A program made the translations under genes and the position numbers. This document shows, piece after piece, positions 25,418-35,553 of a DNA stretch of 64,000 bases; positions within the stretch are counted from its first letter, which is position 1, and each line of letters opens with the position of its first letter. This DNA comes from Sporopachydermia quercuum (lineage: Eukaryota): the NCBI GenBank assembly GCA_001599295.1, contig BCGN01000001.1, positions 124,001-188,000 of the forward strand. The letters are read 5' to 3'. The notes under the pieces were generated by a model. That model ran no database searches. It was given only the letters and a program-made list of their open reading frames with translations, and was not told the origin of the DNA.

Positions 25418-26600
25418 TTATGACTCCTTCCGGTAACTCATCTTATCGACTTTCACCTCATCATCAATATAACTATACATAAACAGTGTACAGACACTTC
25501 CTTGTATATCCAGTAAACAGAAACTTGGAATTGGATCTGCACTTTCTTCGTCCTCGTAATCAGTATCAGAGTCATCAGCTTCTGCTTTCTTTAACTCATC
25601 TTCTAAATCATCTGTTCGTTGGTTAATCTTGATATCATCCGGGAATAAACCATCTGATACTGAGCCAGAACTAAACACATCTTTCAAATTATCTTTGCCT
25701 TCTTCATTCGTTCCATTTGATGTATCATTGTTCTCTGGTTTTCCTTCATCTGTGCCATTCTTATCGTCTTTGACTTCATCTTTGTTGTCACCTTCATCTT
25801 CTTCTTCGTCTTCAATAGGCCATTCCGAAGAAAAGGCACCTGTAGCACTACCGGGGTTGACAAGAAATTTTCCATCCAGAGCATAAGCTTCTGCTGTATG
25901 AGTTCCACCCCATAGCAAAATATCGACATCCATTTGTCTTGCTGCTGTTAATAATGCCAATGGATCACCCTTTGGAAGAATTGTGTATCCGTTGGTTATT
26001 CCAATTCGCAATTGTCCATGAGTAAATATTTTTGATAATGGCAATGTTGGATTCTCATCATATTCACCTTTCACTAATTGGAAATCCGGTGATAATGATT
26101 TCAAATATGACACTGTTCTTGGAGATGAGGTAACATTTCCTAGACATAAAACTTGAGACACTTTACCAGGTGTTAAAAGCTTTTTGAACTGATTATATTG
26201 TTTGTTAGTATTCCTTTTACTGAGGATTGACACCTGTTTACTACTTGCGATTGAAATTGATAGAGAATAGTAGTAGATGACGACTATCCTAATCATATTT
26301 TTTTGGGAGTCATGNACAACATACTTTTGCTGGTAAATCCTGTAAACAAATAAAGTTAGTTAGTATTTGTAAGAAATGATAAGCTGTTAAGTATACCTGT
26401 CATATCAACCATGATATGAACCAACATTCAAGTAAATTTCTGACTTGTGTCTTATCAAATACATAATGATACTTAACACGGAGCTTCTGTCGTATCTAAA
26501 TATNTGTATCAAAAGACATCATGTTTCTCATCAATACAAAAATATAACTTACTGATGCTCTATCAGGTATATGTATATCTCCAATGGCAAGAATAAACAT
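25418..26600 (-). CDS. VPS29: Retromer subunit Vps29; exons 26553-26600, 26325-26339 and 25418-26188
   Basis: Two introns (GTAAGT..TACTAAC..CAG and GTATGT..TACTAAC..CAG) give [39 protein letters not shown]. Also ARQMDVDILLWGGTH, VNPGSATGAF and PSFCLLDIQG, with a long acidic insertion as in yeast Vps29. Confidence 0.96.
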
Positions 26601-27396
26601 GTTGTATGGTATATTCTTTTAACTTCGATTGTATTATATTGATATTGATGTTTCCCTGGCTTATCGCTATATGATTATGCTAGCTTTGAACACTACAACA
26701 ACCACAATGAAGAATTGAATCTAATCCTATCCAAACAGCCCAGAAATACACCAACTGCAGTTTCCGCTAAAAATACAACTTTATGTATTAGATATCAATT
26801 CGATTGCTTTGTTTTATTGTTAAACCACCATATAAATGTATCTATAATATCCTTCAGGGGCCTTTTTCCCTGTCTAATAAGAAGCCTGGTGTTCATAATC
26901 TATAATTCGTGATCGAGGGATGGGTGGTCGCAAGATTAAAAGAACCCCTAGATATGTGTTATCTGATATGGGACACACTTCGAGATAGGACAATAAGAGG
27001 GCTTGATTTACATATGATTTTGTATATATTCGATTTAAGAAAGAAACAATGAATTATATGGTCATTAGGCTAGATAAATCTTTTGATTTTCAGTGATCAA
27101 CAACCAATAAGATATGGCATTTAAGGGATGTTCTTTTGATCTATGTATTTGCTTATTATCGTACCACAACATGCAAAAGGATTGCAAATAGACCTCAAGC
27201 AAGGTCGTCATTGCGGTCATCCGCGCAGTTTTATCACTATTGATTCTGAATGGATAAACAAATATATATATATAGACACTATTATGCATTACTAGTTGAT
27301 AATGTATGAAAAGACCAGACTGCAATCTCTGAATTACTAGTCATTCTATGATTCTATAAATTTATGGTCTAATGACTCTCTCTGTTTTCTATCACT

Positions 27397-28905
27397 CTAA
27401 TGCTTTAAACTATCTAACGTTTCTTTAATTCCTTCAAGCAATCTCACGATATCTCCACGCTCAGCATTCACAACGCTGACCCCCATATGACCAATTCTAA
27501 AGTAGTTAGGAGCAATTCCCTTTTGTAAACCGCCTGCTAAAACAATACCTCTTTTCCCCATAGCTGCAAGGAATTCAGAAGCAGTAACACCATCAGGGAG
27601 ATAAGCCGCTGTCATACCATTTGCAGAGTTATCTAAAGTAGTTGAAACCAGTTTCAAACCATAATATTGTAATGTGCTTTGAATGGTCTTTGCTACATTT
27701 TTATGAGAGTTGAATCTAGCTTGAAGATTTCTTTCGATTTCTTCGTCTGATAACACTTTGGTGAGTTCTGCAGATCTTGTTGACAATTCAGCTGCTGAAA
27801 GTAAAGGCTTGGCATAGCCATAGCCGAGAATCTCACATAAACTAACATGAAGAGCATTCACAAGTTGAATACTTGGAGTAGCAAAATAAGCTCCAGAATT
27901 TGACTCGTAAGCATTCATGATACCACTCCATCTGTTCATATCTGCATAGAATGCTCTAGGACCTGTTCTACTAGTAGCTTTTTGGATAGCTCTTTCACTA
28001 GCCAACATAATAGCTAAACCAGCAGGACAACCCATAGCTTTCTGAGAAGCAGTTAGAACAAAATCAATGTTCCAGTCATCAAATCTAATCTCTTCAACAC
28101 CCATGGAGCAAACAGCATCAACAACGATCATGGAGTTGGGAGAGTATACATGAATTATTGATGCCAATCTTTGGACATTACTTAGAATACCTGTGGAAGT
28201 ATCAGTCTGAGTAATAGTGATAGCAGCATATTTATTAGGATTGGCTCTCAACAAAGCTGTTAGTCTAGCTTCATCAATTTGTTCACCAAGTTCTGATCTC
28301 AAATAATGGACAGAAACTCCGTACGACTCGAAACAGTTACCAAAAGAATCACCAAAAAAACCGGTTGATAAAACCAACACAGAATCCTTTTCTGACACCA
28401 AATTACTAGCAGCAAAGTCCCATCCTAATGTTCCAGAGCCAGAAATAACAAAAGGTTGACTCCCTTCAACTTTTGCAAAAAGCAATTGCCGTATTTTCTT
28501 CAAAACTGATTGAAAAGTTGCTACGAAGGGTTGACCAGTATGAGCTTGTGACGGAGTGCTCATAGCAGCCAAGACATTATCAGAAAACTCAACAGGTCCT
28601 GGAATTAAAACTAAAGGATGTTCAGGTTGAGAATACTCAGAATTCGCGCTCCCAACAGTTCCACTGGTGCAATTGCGAGCCATCGGTAATCTACAAATAG
28701 GTGGTCTCATTAAACGTTCAGGATTGATGATGTTTACATTCTCTAAAGATCTCCATCTATCATCATGAACTTGTGTAGTATTGAAACAAGCATTTGGGAA
28801 ATGAACCGGTGCTCCTACATTATCCTGTGAAGATATATGATTCTTCATCATCCCAAGACGAGATAATGCTTGTCGGTTTCTTGGTCCTTCTGATCTTCCA
28901 GACAT
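27397..28905 (-). CDS. AGX1: Alanine:glyoxylate aminotransferase (class V PLP enzyme) with an N-terminal extension of about 90 aa
   Basis: HPLVLIPGPVEF, SGSGTLGWD, TDTSTGILS, VVDAVCS, LTASQKAMG (PLP lysine), YFATPS and YFRIGHMG. Confidence 0.93.
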   Translation of the reverse strand: MSGRSEGPRNRQALSRLGMMKNHISSQDNVGAPVHFPNACFNTTQVHDDRWRSLENVNIINPERLMRPPICRLPMARNCTSGTVGSANSEYSQPEHPLVLIPGPVEFSDNVLAAMSTPSQAHTGQPFVATFQSVLKKIRQLLFAKVEGSQPFVISGSGTLGWDFAASNLVSEKDSVLVLSTGFFGDSFGNCFESYGVSVHYLRSELGEQIDEARLTALLRANPNKYAAITITQTDTSTGILSNVQRLASIIHVYSPNSMIVVDAVCSMGVEEIRFDDWNIDFVLTASQKAMGCPAGLAIMLASERAIQKATSRTGPRAFYADMNRWSGIMNAYESNSGAYFATPSIQLVNALHVSLCEILGYGYAKPLLSAAELSTRSAELTKVLSDEEIERNLQARFNSHKNVAKTIQSTLQYYGLKLVSTTLDNSANGMTAAYLPDGVTASEFLAAMGKRGIVLAGGLQKGIAPNYFRIGHMGVSVVNAERGDIVRLLEGIKETLDSLKH

Positions 28906-29894
28906 AGTTGAATATGTAGGTAGTGTGAAAGTAATCTATATAAGATTTCTACCGAGTCAAGCCGTCGAGATGGCGATCTATTGATTCTGCATACACTTCA
29001 GAATGTAAGGTAATTCAAAAGTATCTCCTTCTTCCGTTTGAAAACCCTTTTTCCAGGTAGATAGGACTTTTTGAAGGCTTATATGATTATAACCATGTGA
29101 TAATCAGTTCTAAAAATTTTCATGCGTAACTGACACTATCAATTTTTTCACCTAAACAGGAAGGATTACGAAAAGTCACCAATATGCATTAGCACTGGTG
29201 TTTCCGGACAAATCTTCCTCTAGGAGTCCATTTTTTAGCCGTTAACATGATAATTGAATGAGGAGTTGAGAAGAATTGCTAATGAAATTTCAGTCAACGG
29301 ATTTCGGAACCTAATTTGCCTGATAAGTAGGACTCTGTATGCAGCAGCTCAATTAAACTTTTCCCAAGTGGGGAGAAACATTTCCTAATCAAAGATGGCA
29401 ATTATCCGATGATGTGGCTTGGTTGAGGTANAAGAGCGAAGTGGCAAAGAGAAGGCAAGCTATGAGATATAAAAAACATTAAAGATAATATCTAATGGAG
29501 TGAAGAATAAACTATGAATAAAATAGTCAAATTTTATTATAGGTTTGAAAATATGACATGTTTAATCATTCTTATAAGNAATACCAGCTGGACAATGGTT
29601 TAAAATGAACTAATAATTCATTACTATGTGCAAGAAAAAAAAAAATACAAAGTGTCAAACCAAGTAATTTATGTTTGAAAATAAATGTAGTATTCCTTAC
29701 TGACAGAATACNAGTATTAGTCCTGCGGTTCGGTCAGCTGAAAATTCAAATAGTTACCTAAAACTGCGCGAGCAGCAGGAACTCAGATTGAAGTACAGCC
29801 ATGAAATAGTAGTAATCATGACTGTTGACATGAACTGTATATGCAGATTCGGATCAACAGCACTTGAATTGAATATATTAATTAACAAGGTTTC

Positions 29895-30505
29895 TCAATT
29901 ATCCTTCTTTTCAGAGGCTTCTTGGAATTGTCTGGCCAAAGCAGCTCTCTTTCTTCTTTCCCTAACTTCTTCATCACGTCTTTCAAGCTCCTCGATCCAG
30001 AGTTTTTCTCTAAGTTCTGCTTTCTCCCTTAACAATTCATCCTGCGTTTTTCTTGCCTTATTATTATTGTCCAAAACATATGAACCAGCAACCATTGCAA
30101 CAACAGTGAAGCCTTGGAACACTACACGCCAACGAAACCAAGTATTAGCTGTTTTTCTGGATCCCGTCTTAACAGCCTTTGATGCCATTATTAGAGCACC
30201 AACGGTTAGAAGACTTCCTAATGGTACTAAAGGTTCTTCTTTGCACCTCAGGATCATCTTCTCTAAGAATGGCAATTCACTGTTTGATGTTAGCATTATG
30301 ATCGTATGATACTATTGTTCTAAACAAACTTGTTCAGTAACCTGCTACGAGTAGATAGGTTTTGGACATCTCACTTTCAGGTTCTTAAGCAATTTTCATT
30401 ATGTCTATTTAGTAATCAATTGACAGGAATAAAGTCAATAGCATAAATCCATACTTACTTCTCATCGTTGGATGAGTTATCGAAACTAGATGGAAGACCT
30501 GACAT
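29895..30505 (-). CDS. RCF1: Respiratory supercomplex factor Rcf1 (HIG1 domain); exons 30459-30505 and 29895-30279, intron 30280-30458
   Basis: Splicing GTAAGT..TGCTAAC..CAG gives MSGLPSSFDN...CKEEPLVPLG...WFRWRVVFQGFTV...REKLWIEELERRD. Confidence 0.95.
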
Positions 30506-31385
30506 GTTGAATTATTTTCTGTTGTAAAACTTCCAAGTGTTATAATCCTGATATAAACTGTCGCACTTTCATTCAATTACGGTGTGCTTCGTTTTATTAA
30601 TAGTAAACGTGTGTATGTTAAGATTCCCTGACGCAATCTTATTCACCTGTTCTATCGAACTCGAACAATGATTATCTTTATTGCTGCAGTATGAATCCAG
30701 AGAATCAGTTTGGAAACTAAGTAACAAGAAATGAAATTCCACTCTTGAGCTCTTAAATTCAGAGTGCTCTCAAACTAATCACAATTATCACAATCAGCTG
30801 AAGATTCGTGCGTTGATTTGTGTGTCTACAGTTCCTGTTATCCACCATCTTTTACGGGAGGCAATCAGATATTAGATGAAGTTTTTGGACGATTTTCGAA
30901 GCCACATAGATATCCAATGAGGTATATAATGGTGGCTCAGATAAGCTGTTCATTTGTCTATAGGTCTGATATTGGACATAAACTCCGAAACGAGACGGGA
31001 TGTAGATTANATTTTAACTTTAACGTTTCTAACCTTAACCTTGCCACTTGAACTTTATTTGTAAGGACATCAATTGAAGATATAAATAAAGATCAGGGCA
31101 ATCGAGATGTTGATTCATTTATATTGAGAGCAGGAGGTATATTATGATTACCATAGAGAAGTTGTTGTTGACTTAGCGGTAAACATATGAAAAGAAGGAC
31201 ATTTCATTTGAACGCAAGATATGACAGAGGAGAACAAGGAAAAGTTTTTTTTGTGAGTTACTGATATTCCTTCTTTTTACCCACGCTACACTATGTTGTT
31301 ACTGAATAAGAATGACATACCAACTGCTTCACATTCATAATAGGACACTCTACGAAACTCTTTGTTCACATCTTTGTTAAGTGGA

Positions 31386-32756
31386 ATGCTGTCAACGGAA
31401 GAAAANCTCAACACTCTACACTTGAGATATCCAGGAATTGATCAGGAAACTCTTCTTGAATTGTTGATCTCTTGTGGAGGGTCCTTACGGGAAACAAGTG
31501 CTCTGCTCAATAGTAGTAATCAAACAAAGGTAAAAGAGACAAGCGTTAGTAGACAAACTAACCTGAAGAGGTTTTTCCAAGCTGCAAAACCTAATGGTTG
31601 CGAAGAAAGCAAAAACAAGAAATTTCGACCGGAAGATCATAAGAAAAAGAATAAAAGCAAATTGATCCATCTGTACACTGAGGAAGATGTTCGGACACAT
31701 CTACCTTATTGCACGCTGCACTTGAATTTTTTACCAATACAACTCGCCAATGATTTACTAAGGTACCTGTTGAAAGAATCTGGCTCCTTTAGACGAAATA
31801 GATTCATATTGTTTGATAGATGGATAGATTCTCCTCATAAAGTTTGTATGTTCACTAATGAGTCAAGAGTACTAACACAGAAGTCTGAAGGTAGACTAAA
31901 TTATAATGGTGGAGAAGTGAAGCAACTCAGACCTTATAATGAGTTTTTAGCAATCGCTCAAACTATAGTCGAGGATATTGTTAATGAAGAGGTTGATAAG
32001 AGAGGAAGAGAATTGTATCAAGTGAAAGGCCGTTGGACTGGTGGTACATGTTTCTGTAACGTCTATGATGGAAAGAATGACTCTGTAGCTTATCATTCGG
32101 ACAGAATGACAAATATAGGACCTCATTCAGTTATAGGTAGTGTATCTTTAGGCTGTACCAGGGAATTTAGATTGAAACATATAAATCCGAAGCTGCTTTC
32201 TCAGGAAGGAATTGAAGATATGGTCAAAGAAAGCAAAGGCATATTTATTGATGATAATGATAATGATGACGTTATAGAATCAGATAATTTAATCACTGGG
32301 AAAAGGAAAGATCAAATGTTTTTACCAACATATTCAATACATTTGCCTCATAATAGTTTGTTGATAATGCATGCTAATTGTCAAGAAGAGTTCAAGCATA
32401 GCTTGGTACCATCTTCTCATCCTTTAGATGCTCATCCAATTTCCGGACAGGTCAGAGTCAATTTGACATATAGACAGTTTCGTGCAGAAATAGCTGATCA
32501 TGCACCTCAATGTAACTGTAAGATGGTTATGATTCTCAGACGTGCATTTAGAATGAGTACAGGTAAAAACCAAGGCAAATATTTCTGGTCTTGTTCAGGT
32601 GGGTATCAGGGTCATCCCTGTGGGAAATTTTATTGGGCGGACTTTGATGAACCTGATTTGATAGCTAAACCTGATAAGAGTTCAAAGGCAACTCGCATTA
32701 ATGTAAATAAAGAATTCAATGATAGTAATGACAATGATGATAATGATAGTGAATAG
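31386..32756 (+). CDS. CUE-like domain + AlkB-family 2OG-Fe(II) dioxygenase + GRF-type zinc finger protein
   Basis: N-terminal CUE-like segment (YPGIDQETLLELLISCGGSL). AlkB motifs NVY..KNDSVAYHSD, IGSVSLGCTREF, LPHNSLLIM, FKHS and RVNLTYR. C-terminal CNC...NQGKYFWSC...CGKFYW. First ATG is at 31386. Confidence 0.88.
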   Translation: MLSTEEXLNTLHLRYPGIDQETLLELLISCGGSLRETSALLNSSNQTKVKETSVSRQTNLKRFFQAAKPNGCEESKNKKFRPEDHKKKNKSKLIHLYTEEDVRTHLPYCTLHLNFLPIQLANDLLRYLLKESGSFRRNRFILFDRWIDSPHKVCMFTNESRVLTQKSEGRLNYNGGEVKQLRPYNEFLAIAQTIVEDIVNEEVDKRGRELYQVKGRWTGGTCFCNVYDGKNDSVAYHSDRMTNIGPHSVIGSVSLGCTREFRLKHINPKLLSQEGIEDMVKESKGIFIDDNDNDDVIESDNLITGKRKDQMFLPTYSIHLPHNSLLIMHANCQEEFKHSLVPSSHPLDAHPISGQVRVNLTYRQFRAEIADHAPQCNCKMVMILRRAFRMSTGKNQGKYFWSCSGGYQGHPCGKFYWADFDEPDLIAKPDKSSKATRINVNKEFNDSNDNDDNDSE

Positions 32757-32921
32757 TAATGGAAGGATAATATATTGAGGAAGAGTGTCACTCATCATGT
32801 ATTCTGTGTCTTTATTACATAAGAGCAATGTGACAGAGATTGTGGAACAATAATAATACATATAAGTAAAAACATGAGATGAGGAATTCATTATTCATAA
32901 AAAGTAGGGTTTTTATACATT

Positions 32922-33572
32922 TTATATCTTTAAGTCCTCTCTTCTTATTCTTCCTAACTCTTCCTTCCACAATTCAATCACAGGGTGTCTGGCATCTTCA
33001 TTAAATTCATTATTTCCCGGTAACAAATTGTCCAATTCATCATTATGTAATAGGTTAACATTCTCATCGTAATATTTTCTGTTGAATAAACTTTCTATCG
33101 ATAGTTCTTTGATCATAATGTCTTCTATTTGTTTCAAGGTTATTAGGTCTCCGATATGCCTTTTCTTCAAAGTATCACTATTACCGGTTGGAATGGTTGT
33201 GCTAGGTCCAAAAATATGCAAAAATGCTCTAATATGACCAAGTAGTACTCCTACATCTAAACCTATTTTAGCACCATGAGGATATCCAAGATCAAAACCA
33301 TCCTGTAAACTTGTCTCTTTACCTTTTGTTATGCCATCAATGTAACCTTCTTTTGTATGTTTCCTATATAATGCCGCAGTTGTAGGATCTTTACTTATAG
33401 AATCTTTTCTGCTCCGTACAGGAGCATCTTCCAAGTCTTCATCATCGTACCAAACATCATCAATAGCTGTGTTTACTTCAGTATCTTCTAATTTGGTACT
33501 CATGCCCTCAAACTCCATTTCTAGAACATCCATCGTATACAGATCAGATGTGTTAGAAGACTGTTGATTCAT
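32922..33572 (-). CDS. YAE1: Yae1 (deca-GX3 adaptor for Fe-S maturation of Rli1)
   Basis: DDVW...LYRKHTKEGYIDGITKGKETSLQDGFDLGYPHGAKIGLDVGVLLG and C-terminal HPVIELW. Confidence 0.9.
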   Translation of the reverse strand: MNQQSSNTSDLYTMDVLEMEFEGMSTKLEDTEVNTAIDDVWYDDEDLEDAPVRSRKDSISKDPTTAALYRKHTKEGYIDGITKGKETSLQDGFDLGYPHGAKIGLDVGVLLGHIRAFLHIFGPSTTIPTGNSDTLKKRHIGDLITLKQIEDIMIKELSIESLFNRKYYDENVNLLHNDELDNLLPGNNEFNEDARHPVIELWKEELGRIRREDLKI

Positions 33573-34344
33573 TTTGGCTAGATGAGTTCAACTCTATCAT
33601 AGGCAAAAACCACTACAAGATTTAGCTAGGATGCACAAATACTTCAGTTACAATTCCAACTGAAACTAGCTTACCCTCTTATATTCTAATCAACAATCCT
33701 GTTAAATTTCTGTAAACAATAAATTTGCAATGCTCATTTTTTATGGCTACAAGTTATATAACCTTTCTCCTTTATTGTTAGGATGAGGAATGAACACAAA
33801 TACAGAACACCTTTGTTAGGTCAATTACCTATTATTGCATNTATACCCCTTATATTGAACACTTAACTATCACATGCAAATGCATGGTTTAATCTCAGGT
33901 ATTAAACAAGCTTTATTTTGGTTAGTCTAACCTTGTTTTGATTTATTCAATTCTGTTCCATCTGTAAAGGAATATTCGGACGCAAACTTCCTCTGTAGCT
34001 TAATCCTTCTGTAAAAAAGAAAAAAAGAATAAGAAAGAGCATAAAGTAATAATGATAGGATAGATTGAACAATTAGATGTTTCTTTTGATATTTTGATGT
34101 ATAAATTTATGTGAGTTATGAGTTATTACTTGCTTTAGGTGGGTGGGTATCGTTCAGATAGACAAAGTGATATTAATTGAATGATTGACTGCATCAAACA
34201 ACAAATTGGTCAATAAGTAATTATCTCGATTTTGAAAAGCAAGCCAAAAAGATAGAAAGAAATAAAAGGGAAAAGAAAATTGAACGTTTGCAGTATTTAA
34301 ACATTACCTGAAAGCTCAAGTGTTATCCAGAATTCAGTATCATT

Positions 34345-35160
34345 ATGAGCTATAGATTTTGGGGTAGATCTATGGATTTAGATACAATGTCTTCCTTGTT
34401 CACTGAAGAGAACAATACATCACAATCAGCAATCACGACACCAGAGGAAGCGAGTAGTGATGATGATATCAGCCATAGCACTGCTATAGCTGAAAAGTTT
34501 TCAGAATCCAAGATACTTGGTCGAAGGTATACGCCTCCCCGAGGAAATTCAGATGACTTTTCTGATAGTGTAAGGACAGCTGCCAGAAAAGCTCTGATTG
34601 CTGGCATTGACATGGAAGCTGCTTTCAAAGGATATAAATTATTAGACTTATGTATGTCTAGTGATACCTTAACAGNGGACCCTTCTTTGCAATTTCACAT
34701 ATATTTGCGAGCATTATACGATCTGATTGGAGCTGTTGATAGTATTTCCAACAAAGAGGTAGAAGACCTTTTGAAGAAAATGAATCCTAGTGTTCGAAGC
34801 CAATTTATACAGCTAGTACTCAAACAACACGAACAAGATAGAATAAGGAATATTGGTAATCCCCAGAATTTCATGGAAGAGTTTATTGTGTCATTAATCC
34901 GAGTATTTTTCCTATTGTTAAAGGCTCTGTATCCATATATAAAGCAACTNATCCTACGTTTGAAAGAAGAAGAAAGGAAACGACATATTACTGAGAAGCT
35001 AATTGGATTTTCATGGCAACAATCAAGAAATTTCAATAATAGTGCTTTAGGGAAGTATATTTCTGCTAAACTACATCGATACTTGCATGCTAGTATGAAA
35101 GGAATAGCTGAAGGACTGGCTATACTTGCTGAGATAGAAACCCCTGAGAAATTAGAGTGA
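34345..35160 (+). CDS. Hypothetical 271 aa protein, helical with an amphipathic/hydrophobic segment
   Basis: Intact ORF with coding-like composition; segments IYLRALYDLI and FIVSLIRVFFLLLKALYPYIK..EERKRHITEKL. Function not recognised. Confidence 0.75.
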   Translation: MSYRFWGRSMDLDTMSSLFTEENNTSQSAITTPEEASSDDDISHSTAIAEKFSESKILGRRYTPPRGNSDDFSDSVRTAARKALIAGIDMEAAFKGYKLLDLCMSSDTLTXDPSLQFHIYLRALYDLIGAVDSISNKEVEDLLKKMNPSVRSQFIQLVLKQHEQDRIRNIGNPQNFMEEFIVSLIRVFFLLLKALYPYIKQXILRLKEEERKRHITEKLIGFSWQQSRNFNNSALGKYISAKLHRYLHASMKGIAEGLAILAEIETPEKLE

Positions 35161-35553
35161 TTTAATTAGTTCTATCCACTTAATCAATGTCTTAAACATT
35201 TATTTATTTGTTGAGCATTTTTTGCTTTATATATAGCATCAAATGAATTAATATTGTCAACTAATAATGTACTTTCCATAATCCGTTGTTTTGTAGACCA
35301 CGCATATCTTCTTACCTAACCTAACCTAACCATAAACTTTCCTCTTCAGGTAACTATCTCTAATATCAGGCTCTTCGAAACCACAAAGCAACCAATTGCT
35401 TTCACCAACCTTCTAGAATATTTAGTTATATTCCCAACTCATAAAACTAAAATCGGTTAGTCAGAAGATATGATAAAACAAGAAAAGAGAAAAACCAAGT
35501 TAATTCTCTTATCATGATCAATCATTTTACTAATGAGCACTCATATATGAATA

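Noticed and set aside
35314..35332. (CCTAA)3 telomere-like repeat
   Set aside because: Only three units; an ordinary microsatellite.
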